Below are positions 27,445 to 34,125 of a DNA stretch of 64,000 nucleotides, piece after piece. A model generated the notes under the pieces. That model had not been told where the DNA came from. It searched no databases and saw nothing but the letters and a program-made list of their open reading frames with translations. Each line of letters begins with the position of its first letter. The first letter of the stretch is position 1. The position numbers and the translations under genes are program-made. This DNA is from an uncultured Ruminococcus sp. (GTDB lineage: Bacteria; Bacillota; Clostridia; Oscillospirales; Acutalibacteraceae). The stretch covers positions 5,926 to 69,925 of the forward strand of contig CACYWT010000005.1 of the NCBI GenBank assembly GCA_902778175.1, in the 5' to 3' direction.

Positions 27445-27473
27445 TTTGTCCTGCCCCTTTGGAGCAGGACAAA
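27445..27473 (-). promoter_or_regulatory. intercistronic stem-loop between the McrB-like and McrC-like genes
   Basis: 10-bp stem tttgtcctgc/gcaggacaaa with a 9-nt loop, inside the 149-nt gap. No clear U-run follows on the minus strand. Confidence 0.4.
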
Positions 27474-27503
27474 GCTGAACCTGAAATAATGAGGAAAATA
27501 GCC

Positions 27504-29081
27504 TCAGAATAGTTTTTGCAGTCTTTGAAGGTAAGCGATGGATTCGCCCATTTTATTCTTACCGAAGAGTTTTTGCAGATAAACGCAAAGCTCTTTCAGT
27601 TCTTCACGGAGCATTGCAAGGTTCAGAGATTCAAACTTACGGAAAATTTTTGTAGCGAGCACATAGTCAATACCATCAAGTTCATCGCCGCCGCAGGCAA
27701 CATAAACAGGAACAAACAGTCCCATCTGCTTAAGAATACGGTTACCGAAAGCGACACGGAGCTTTTCAATTACCCACAGGTCGAGCTGATGGATTTTCTT
27801 GAGGTTTTCCTGAGAAATAGGATACATCTTAAAGGCTTCCTCAAACATAGCGTTAAGATGAGAAAAGCTGAGCCGCAGGGGAGGAGTATCCGGAGCTTCA
27901 AATGCGATACCTTTTTCATCAAGGTTGATAGGCTGAGCACGGTCGTAAACCTTATCAGAAATAGCAAATGTGGAGTCGTCGTTATTTGCAGTACCGATAT
28001 ACCATATATTCTGCGGAATATGGATCTTGCCGTGATCGAGCTTGACAGGGTCAGTACTCCATGCATTTGGCACGATATCGAGTTCCCATTCATCTGCATT
28101 GGGCATTTCAAGAATGGAGAGCATTTCTGCGAAATAGTACTCAATACGCGCAATGTTCATTTCGTCGAGGAGTATCAGGTTGACGTCATCATTGTAGCCT
28201 GATGAATAAATACGTTTAAGAACCTCTGTTTCGTTGAAGTTCTTTGTAAATTCGTTGAAGTAACCGAAAAGCTCGGTACGGTCACGCCATGAAGGCTGAA
28301 CAGATGCGATAGTAGTATCGACCTGCAGGAATTTACCGAATGAATAGGGAAGAGATGTTTTACCTGTACCGGAAATACCCTGGAGAATAATAAGCTTTGT
28401 CGAAGCCATACCAGCAAGGAAAAGTCTGATAGTTTTCTGGTCGTAGAACAGGTGCATTCTTGAGCAGGCAAAATTGCGATACCGCTCTACAATACCTTCG
28501 AGAGTGATCTCATTGTCATACTCAGGCGGTATGAAGTTGGAATAGAAATTGTCCACTTCCATGAGCTTTGAGAAACGCCGCTCGGTGGTCTTGACAATAC
28601 CTGCCTCGAGCTCCTGCGGAGCGCCCTCTTCGCCTTCTGCGGGAATACCGTCCGGGGAATAAGTTCCGCCGGAAGCAAGAGAAAGCCTTGCGCTTCCGGG
28701 GACGCCGATCTGAGCGACCTTCATAGCCATGATCTCGTCTTTTTCCTTGACCATTTTTATAACGCGCTGCTGGAGAATAGCGATCTCCTCCAGAAGGTCT
28801 TCATTGCTTACAATGGAATGACGGAAACGGATATATTTCCGTATTGCAAGAATGATGATGAATATGACAAGCAAAAAGATAGCAATGACTATTATGATCG
28901 CCAGAACGGAAAGGATCCATTCCAAAGCGCCGAACTTAGTCGAATATTCCTTGAATAAGTCTACATATTTTCCTATATTGAAAATTTGTTGTATTCCTGC
29001 CCATAATCCGATGAACATCTGCGCAAAGCCCTGCAGTATCTCGGATATGAAGGCGAAAAACCATTTCAAAAAATTATCCAT
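27504..29081 (-). CDS. membrane-anchored McrB-like AAA+ (AAA_5-type) NTPase
   Basis: TM helix 'WILSVLAIIIVIAIFLLVIFIIILAI' at aa ~55-80. Walker A 'GISGTGKT' (nt 28356-28379), Walker B 'LILLDEMN' and 'NIWYIGTANNDDS'. RBS 'aggagga' is present. Confidence 0.7.
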   Translation of the reverse strand: MDNFLKWFFAFISEILQGFAQMFIGLWAGIQQIFNIGKYVDLFKEYSTKFGALEWILSVLAIIIVIAIFLLVIFIIILAIRKYIRFRHSIVSNEDLLEEIAILQQRVIKMVKEKDEIMAMKVAQIGVPGSARLSLASGGTYSPDGIPAEGEEGAPQELEAGIVKTTERRFSKLMEVDNFYSNFIPPEYDNEITLEGIVERYRNFACSRMHLFYDQKTIRLFLAGMASTKLIILQGISGTGKTSLPYSFGKFLQVDTTIASVQPSWRDRTELFGYFNEFTKNFNETEVLKRIYSSGYNDDVNLILLDEMNIARIEYYFAEMLSILEMPNADEWELDIVPNAWSTDPVKLDHGKIHIPQNIWYIGTANNDDSTFAISDKVYDRAQPINLDEKGIAFEAPDTPPLRLSFSHLNAMFEEAFKMYPISQENLKKIHQLDLWVIEKLRVAFGNRILKQMGLFVPVYVACGGDELDGIDYVLATKIFRKFESLNLAMLREELKELCVYLQKLFGKNKMGESIAYLQRLQKLF

Positions 29082-29111
29082 AGCATTTCCTCCTATTGCG
29101 GAGAATAGAGT

Positions 29112-29882
29112 TTATTTTTTATCGTCCTGAGAATCAGATTGTTTTTCTTCTTGTTTTTCTTCGCTCGGAGGAGCTTCTTCCTCCGGCTTTTTTTCCTGAT
29201 CTGTCTTATCGGGTCCCGTTTCATCAGCAGGATTTGTATCTGCTTTGTTTTCAGCCTCTTTTTCCTTTTGTGCAGCAAGGTATTCCTCAATAGCGCGGCG
29301 TTTTATTTCTTCCTCGTCAAGCTGGGGTTCGGGCTGCGGATTCTTTACCTTTATGACAGTAACGATAAATTTGTACAGCTCGAACAGGAAGAACAGAGCC
29401 ATAGGAATAAGTATGCAGACAAAGAAACCTACCTTTGTGCGCAGGAAAGCCATGATATTTCCGGCGCCGGTCAGTTTGATATTAGTCCATTTACCGATAA
29501 GCTCAGCCTGATATGCCGGCAGATCATCGTCGATGGGGTTATTGTCGCCTCGGGTGATAAAGCTGAGGCTGTTGCCGGTATCGTTGATACTTACGATACG
29601 GTGGGTATTTTTAACTTTTTTTCCGTCGATAAGCGTCCAGAATGTGATGACGTCATCGACCTTTAAGCTTTTCGCGTCGTCGATCTGTTTACAGATGATA
29701 AGGTCGCCCTCGTTGAAGGTCGGGCTCATTGACTGAGATTCGACTGTCAGGGGAATGAATCCGAAGATATTCGGAACACCACCGCTGTTTGACGAAGAGA
29801 AAACGAGGATAGTAACAAGCAGCGCCAGAATGACAATTAACCATAGAACTACATTGCCGATAATTTTAAGTGCCTTTTTCAT
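29112..29882 (-). CDS. sipW: signal peptidase I, SipW/archaeal-ER type, with acidic C-terminal tail
   Basis: Architecture is TM, 'SQSMSPTF' (Ser), 'THRI' (His), 'RGDNNPIDD', a second TM and a K/E/D-rich tail. RBS 'aaggaga' is present. Confidence 0.8.
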   Translation of the reverse strand: MKKALKIIGNVVLWLIVILALLVTILVFSSSNSGGVPNIFGFIPLTVESQSMSPTFNEGDLIICKQIDDAKSLKVDDVITFWTLIDGKKVKNTHRIVSINDTGNSLSFITRGDNNPIDDDLPAYQAELIGKWTNIKLTGAGNIMAFLRTKVGFFVCILIPMALFFLFELYKFIVTVIKVKNPQPEPQLDEEEIKRRAIEEYLAAQKEKEAENKADTNPADETGPDKTDQEKKPEEEAPPSEEKQEEKQSDSQDDKK

Positions 29883-29903
29883 GATCAGGTTCTCCTTTAA
29901 TTT

Positions 29904-30707
29904 TTACGTTGATTCAGTTATATGGAAATTCATTCCAAATTTGATGGTTCCACCGACGATATCGTCAATACAGTCGGGGTCATTACCCTCGAGCCATATC
30001 ACGACGGTATATTTGTCTTTTGCTTTTGCTTTAAATCCATCGGCTTTGGTTTTCATTACTATAGTAGAGGAGAGAAATGTTTCGTTGCAGTCGCTTTCCT
30101 TACCGCCGCCGTTGGATTTTGTTTTTCCGTAGACAGTTTTATTGCCGTTTTTATAAACTGCAACACGGATAGCCTCATCGACATTTTTTGTAACATTCTC
30201 GATATTTAGTTCGCCCTCATAAGAAATAGTGTCATCGCCGGAGTTTATCAAATAGAATGTATAGGCGATATAATTATCACTGTTATGGGCGCCGTTGATC
30301 TGGTCTACGTTTGCAGGGATATCATTACCGCTGATATTTGTCATATTATAGACGATATCGGCATTGAGTACGGACTGAGAAATATCGTAGTCGGGAGTTT
30401 CCGATAGGGTAAGACCCTGCTTGACCATATCGTATTTGTCGATACGGACGGTAAAGCTGCCGAATTTGGAGTAGAAGTAAGAAATAGCGTAAGCGGCGGC
30501 TACTACCATGATAAGGATAAGGGTTATAAGAGCGAGGATACGGATAAGGATCTTGTATCGTTTAGTTTCTTTTGCGGTACGCCGCAGTTCAAGGACATCC
30601 CTGATATCGGTATCATTGCTTTTACCTTCTTTATTTTTCTTTTTCTTTTTCTTTTCGTTAGGTTCTTCTTTAGTTTCTTCTTTTACCTCTTTTACCTCAT
30701 CAGCCAC
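29904..30707 (-). CDS. TasA-like beta-sandwich protein with Lys/Glu-rich cytoplasmic N-tail and signal-anchor (TapA-like position)
   Basis: 'AAAYAISYFYSKF' follows the TM helix. 'AIRVAVYKNG' and 'IWLEGNDPDC...IKFGMNF' are shared with the 31881..33077 product. RBS 'ggaggtg' is present. Confidence 0.6.
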   Translation of the reverse strand: MADEVKEVKEETKEEPNEKKKKKKNKEGKSNDTDIRDVLELRRTAKETKRYKILIRILALITLILIMVVAAAYAISYFYSKFGSFTVRIDKYDMVKQGLTLSETPDYDISQSVLNADIVYNMTNISGNDIPANVDQINGAHNSDNYIAYTFYLINSGDDTISYEGELNIENVTKNVDEAIRVAVYKNGNKTVYGKTKSNGGGKESDCNETFLSSTIVMKTKADGFKAKAKDKYTVVIWLEGNDPDCIDDIVGGTIKFGMNFHITEST

Positions 30708-30742
30708 ATGAAAACACCTCCGTTCGTTCAGGATGAATAATA

Positions 30743-30776
30743 TACAGATGTAAAGAATATATATTTACAGTCTGTA
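30743..30776. promoter_or_regulatory. imperfect palindrome 36-69 nt upstream of the operon's first structural gene
   Basis: tacagatgtaaa-N9-tttacagtctgta, matching at 12 of 13 positions with a 1-nt bulge. It could be an operator or a 5'-leader hairpin. Confidence 0.45.
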
Positions 30777-30855
30777 CAAAAGCGAGGATAGATCAAGAAA
30801 AATACGATCAACAATTGTAAATGTATTCACTTAACGAAGAAATATTCATAATAAT

Positions 30856-31596
30856 TTATTCAAGCAGCTCGGAAAGCTGCACATAATCGCCCGAAAGTGG
30901 GCCGGCGCAGTAATTGCAGCCGAATTCATAGAAAGCCTCTGCCTGGGTACTGTTTTGCACGCCGTCAGCGATAGGCTCCATACCGAGGTCGTTAATAAAG
31001 GTTATGATAGAATTAACAGCCTGATCGGTACGTTCCTTTTTACCCACGGAATAGGTAATAGACGGGCTGAGCATAACGTAGTCAACGGAAAGCTCGGAAA
31101 GTCTGATATAGGGGCAGCTTATCTCACCGAAATTTTCGAGGATAATATGGTAACCTCTGCGGCGGAGCCTTGCGGTATTATCTGCGGCGACGGAATCGGA
31201 CTGATAGAGAGTCTGTTCCGGAATTTTAAAGCATATAATGTTAGGGGTAATTTTGCTCTGTTCGCAGATCTTATCAGCGAGGGCGGAAGCCGTGCTGTCC
31301 CTGAGGATACTGAGCGGCATATCAATGCAGATCCAGTTAAAGAAGCGTCCTGATTCTTTCAGATTGCGCAGAGCCTCAGCGAGCTGCAGCAGTTCAAGGT
31401 GGAACAGATCTGAGCTTTTGTTGTTTTGTTCTGCGACAGGGCGGAAAGATTCAGGCATAAGGATACCGAGCCCGGGGGTATTAAGGTGTGTACGCGCGAG
31501 GTAGCAGACAGTTCTGCCGCTTGCGATATCGCGCAGAGGGCGGTAATTAAGCTCAATTGCGCGCAGACCGCCGACGTTAGTACGGGTTTCGGGCAT
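30856..31596 (-). CDS. stand-alone degenerate EAL-domain protein (predicted catalytically inactive)
   Basis: EAL-fold pattern 'YRPL..(x)..GILMPESFRPVAE'. The catalytic motifs are replaced: EAL to 'YLA', DDFG(T/S)G to 'ENFGE', K to M in 'VDYVMLS', EGVE to 'DGVQ' and QG to 'AG'. Confidence 0.7.
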   Translation of the reverse strand: MPETRTNVGGLRAIELNYRPLRDIASGRTVCYLARTHLNTPGLGILMPESFRPVAEQNNKSSDLFHLELLQLAEALRNLKESGRFFNWICIDMPLSILRDSTASALADKICEQSKITPNIICFKIPEQTLYQSDSVAADNTARLRRRGYHIILENFGEISCPYIRLSELSVDYVMLSPSITYSVGKKERTDQAVNSIITFINDLGMEPIADGVQNSTQAEAFYEFGCNYCAGPLSGDYVQLSELLE

Positions 31597-31650
31597 GAGC
31601 GCACACTCCTTTCGGGGGAAAAATACACAAATTTAAAGACATATATAAGT

Positions 31651-31679
31651 ATTCTACCATATATTACTACAAAAGTCAA
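31651..31679 (-). promoter_or_regulatory. sigma-A-type promoter for the EAL gene and operon
   Basis: Minus-strand TTGACT-17 nt-TAGAAT with an extended -10 TG. It lies about 55 nt upstream of the ATG at 31596. Confidence 0.6.
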
Positions 31680-31745
31680 ACCAAAGAGAGGGGTATATGA
31701 AAAAAATTAAAACAATAATTATTTCTGAATTTTCTTATAAATGTA

Positions 31746-31774
31746 TTGACAAAATTATATAAAACTGGTACAAT
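31746..31774 (+). promoter_or_regulatory. near-consensus sigma-A promoter for the TasA-like gene
   Basis: TTGACA-17 nt-TACAAT with an extended -10 TGn. It diverges from the minus-strand promoter about 70 bp away. Confidence 0.65.
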
Positions 31775-31880
31775 ATAATCAATAGTATAGCAGCATTGCG
31801 ACTACGGTGCTTAGTGAGGAGCAAAGCTCCCGACAACTACATTAAACTAACTATATTAATACGAGAAAGGAAAATGCTTT

Positions 31881-33077
31881 ATGAAAAAGACAGAAAACAA
31901 AAAAAGCAGAAGCAGCGCGAAGAAAAAGCTAATACCGGCAACGTGTATGCTTTTGGTTTCCGCTACTATGCTCGCAAGCTCAACGTATGCTTGGTTCACC
32001 ATGAATAAGGAAGTTACTCTTACCGGTATGGAAGTAAAGGCAACAGTTGGTGATTCACTGTTGATTGCAAATTCTACAAAGGGTACAGCTCACGCAGCTG
32101 AAAACACATTTGCAAAGGGAACGAATTTTGCTATTACTGGTATGCTTCAACCTGTGTCAACAGTAAATGCAGCAAACAATTCATACTTTTACACATACGA
32201 TGCAAAGGCGGATGGTAGCAAAGCATCAGATACTGCTCAGATTGCATATACTGCAGTAACATATGGTGAAAATGCAAATGCATACAAGGTTTCTACTGAT
32301 GGTGGTACTAATTATGATTATGATGCATTTGTTGATTATGTTGTAGAGTTGAAGGCCATTAACTCTGATTCAGCTAATGCAAAAGAGCTTAGATTGACTA
32401 ATTTGAACCTTTTATATGATGGAGTAGTTCTTCAGGATCATGCTTATCGTGTAGCTATTTTCCAGCAAGATGGAGATAATTCTTCTAATATTATTAATCC
32501 TACCTACACAGCTATAGCTGATACAGCTGGAGCCAACAATATTTTTGCTTATACAGATTTCGATTATTTCGGAACTGATGACAATGCGGAAGGCGTTGCT
32601 TCAACAACAACTAAGGGAGCGATTGTTCCTGATGTAAATAATGAGGCTTGGACAAAGGTTATTCCTGCAGGAAAAACTGATTACACTAAGTTAACGATCA
32701 GGCTTTGGCTTGAAGGCGAAGATACAGACTGCTATTCATCCAAGTTCCTTACTCTAAGCAAGGAATGGACATTAGATCTTAAGTTTGAGCTTGCTGATGG
32801 AGCTTCAGATACCACAACAACAGCTGCGACTACAGCTATTAATAGCGGAATAAAGGCTTCTGCAACAGATGCTGGTGTAGCTTCACTCTCCAGTCCTCAC
32901 ACAAGTGCTCAGGCAGTTTCTTATCAGTGGTACAAGGATAACCTTGGTGCATTGCCTGATACCGAAGTTTCTGGTCAGACCTCCGGTACTTATTCCGGTA
33001 CGGCTGGAAATGTTTACTGCGTAATCACTACTGAGAGAGGAACCAAGTATAGGACCAATACTATTACAGTTTCGTAA
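31881..33077 (+). CDS. secreted TasA/camelysin-like protein with SipW-cognate-type signal peptide and C-terminal Ig-like domain
   Basis: N-terminus 'KKKLIPATCMLLVSATMLASSTYAWFTMNKE' has the A-x-F motif right after the h-region. 'AYRVAIFQQDG' and 'LWLEGEDTDC...LDLKFEL' are shared with the 29904..30707 product. The C-terminal ~55 aa ('YQWYKDN...GNVYCVITT') look Ig-like. Confidence 0.7.
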   Translation: MKKTENKKSRSSAKKKLIPATCMLLVSATMLASSTYAWFTMNKEVTLTGMEVKATVGDSLLIANSTKGTAHAAENTFAKGTNFAITGMLQPVSTVNAANNSYFYTYDAKADGSKASDTAQIAYTAVTYGENANAYKVSTDGGTNYDYDAFVDYVVELKAINSDSANAKELRLTNLNLLYDGVVLQDHAYRVAIFQQDGDNSSNIINPTYTAIADTAGANNIFAYTDFDYFGTDDNAEGVASTTTKGAIVPDVNNEAWTKVIPAGKTDYTKLTIRLWLEGEDTDCYSSKFLTLSKEWTLDLKFELADGASDTTTTAATTAINSGIKASATDAGVASLSSPHTSAQAVSYQWYKDNLGALPDTEVSGQTSGTYSGTAGNVYCVITTERGTKYRTNTITVS

Positions 33078-33117
33078 TCCAAGCGTAAAACAATAACAAC
33101 TAACTAAACACCCACGT

Positions 33118-33148
33118 CCCCCGGATCACAAGTCCGGGGGATTTTTTT
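33118..33148 (+). terminator. intrinsic terminator
   Basis: Stem cccccgga/tccggggg followed by attttttt. Confidence 0.8.
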
Positions 33149-33164
33149 CTTGACTGCGACTGGG

Positions 33165-33177
33165 CGGGGTGGTTTTT
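33165..33177 (+). repeat. left copy of 13-nt direct repeat cggggtggttttt flanking the PIN cassette
   Basis: Identical to 34112-34124. This copy lacks the 5' hairpin arm that the right copy has. Confidence 0.6.
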
Positions 33178-33191
33178 GCGGTAAAATGCGC

Positions 33192-33221
33192 TTGACGGAA
33201 AATAAACTTGTATTGTATAAT
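33192..33221 (+). promoter_or_regulatory. promoter of the antitoxin/PIN cassette
   Basis: TTGACG-18 nt-TATAAT, 20 nt upstream of the first ATG. Confidence 0.55.
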
Positions 33222-33241
33222 ATAGAAAAGGGGGTATCGCT

Positions 33242-33424
33242 ATGAGTACAAAAGAATTATTGCATAATGCAGTCGATGAAATGACGGAAGATAACAAGAC
33301 GGAAGCTCAGAAAGCATTTGAAGAACTTGAAAGATTAAGAAAGCCTTTTACAACTATAGAAGATGGTGATGAAAAAGAATTGTTCTACAAATACCTTGAA
33401 GAAAAGTACAATAGTCTTGGGTAA
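33242..33424 (+). CDS. small antitoxin-like protein (paralogue of the next gene)
   Basis: 60 aa. It shares the 'MST(K/R)E' start, the 'EKEL..Y..EKY' end and the RBS context aaaag(a)ggggt with 33442..33675. Confidence 0.55.
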   Translation: MSTKELLHNAVDEMTEDNKTEAQKAFEELERLRKPFTTIEDGDEKELFYKYLEEKYNSLG

Positions 33425-33441
33425 AAAGAGGGGGTGTTTTT

Positions 33442-33675
33442 ATGAGCACAAGAGAAATAGCATACAACATTTTTCAACAGCTTACAGAAGAACAGCTTAA
33501 AGGCTTTATCGCTATGTTTAAGGACTATTTTGTACAAACTCAAAATAACGAACAGTGTGAAATTAATGAACGAAGGGAAATTCTTGAGTCGATTCAAGAG
33601 TTGTTTAGACCAATGCCTGACCTTGATTATGAAAAAGAACTTGAACGATATAGAAAGGAGAAGTATGGCGTATGA
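33442..33675 (+). CDS. putative antitoxin of the PIN toxin
   Basis: 77 aa, acidic. Its stop overlaps the PIN gene start by 4 nt (ATGA). Confidence 0.6.
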   Translation: MSTREIAYNIFQQLTEEQLKGFIAMFKDYFVQTQNNEQCEINERREILESIQELFRPMPDLDYEKELERYRKEKYGV

Positions 33676-34082
33676 AAATTTTAATTGATACGAATGTCAT
33701 ACTTGATCTTATATCTGTCAGAGAGCCATTTGTAAATGATTCCCGAAAAATCATAGAACTGTGTACCGATCAGCAATCCGAGGGTTTTATTGCTGCTCAT
33801 TCCGTTATGAATATGTTCTACATTCTGCGTCATGAACTTCCGTTGCAGGATAGAAGAAAGGTACTGCTCGGTTTTTGTAAATTGCTCACCGTAGTCGGCA
33901 TAGACGAAAAATTGATAATTTCTGCTCTTACAAATGAAGATTTTTCCGATGTTGAGGACTGCTTGCAGATAGAATGTGCCAAAAGCTGCGGCGCACAATA
34001 TATCGTTACAAGAAATATCAAGGATTACACAAACAGCACCGTCCCAGCTATCACACCCGATGAGTTTTTGAAATTGATTTGA
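33672..34082 (+). CDS. PIN-domain (VapC-like) toxin
   Basis: 136 aa. 'MKILIDTNVILD' carries the first acidic PIN residue. Later acidic residues are in 'DFSDVEDCLQ' and 'IVTRNIKD'. Confidence 0.75.
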   Translation: MKILIDTNVILDLISVREPFVNDSRKIIELCTDQQSEGFIAAHSVMNMFYILRHELPLQDRRKVLLGFCKLLTVVGIDEKLIISALTNEDFSDVEDCLQIECAKSCGAQYIVTRNIKDYTNSTVPAITPDEFLKLI

Positions 34083-34090
34083 TACCCCCA

Positions 34091-34125
34091 CCCCGTCAGG
34101 CTCCGGCTTGACGGGGTGGTTTTTA
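34091..34125 (+). terminator. intrinsic terminator; includes the right copy of the direct repeat (34112-34124)
   Basis: Stem ccccgtca/tgacgggg followed by tggttttta. Confidence 0.65.

Noticed and set aside
27516-28202. 228-aa plus-strand ORF antisense to the McrB-like gene
   Set aside because: It has no recognisable motifs or RBS. The opposite strand carries clear Walker A/B motifs in frame.
24304-29081. Calling the AAA+/DUF2357-like pair a conventional McrBC type IV restriction system
   Set aside because: I found no PD-(D/E)xK nuclease motif in the partner. The ATPase has no DNA-binding or reader domain at its N-terminus and has a TM helix there instead. Both proteins are predicted to be membrane proteins inside an operon of secretion and fibre genes.
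33100-33297. 65-aa minus-strand ORF between the TasA-like gene and the TA cassette
   Set aside because: It runs through a terminator hairpin and a promoter. It has no RBS and its sequence is hydrophobic nonsense.
23599-34125. Calling the accessory region a mobile genomic island or prophage remnant
   Set aside because: I found no integrase, transposase, tRNA, phage structural gene or long terminal repeats. Only the small PIN cassette shows a direct-repeat signature.
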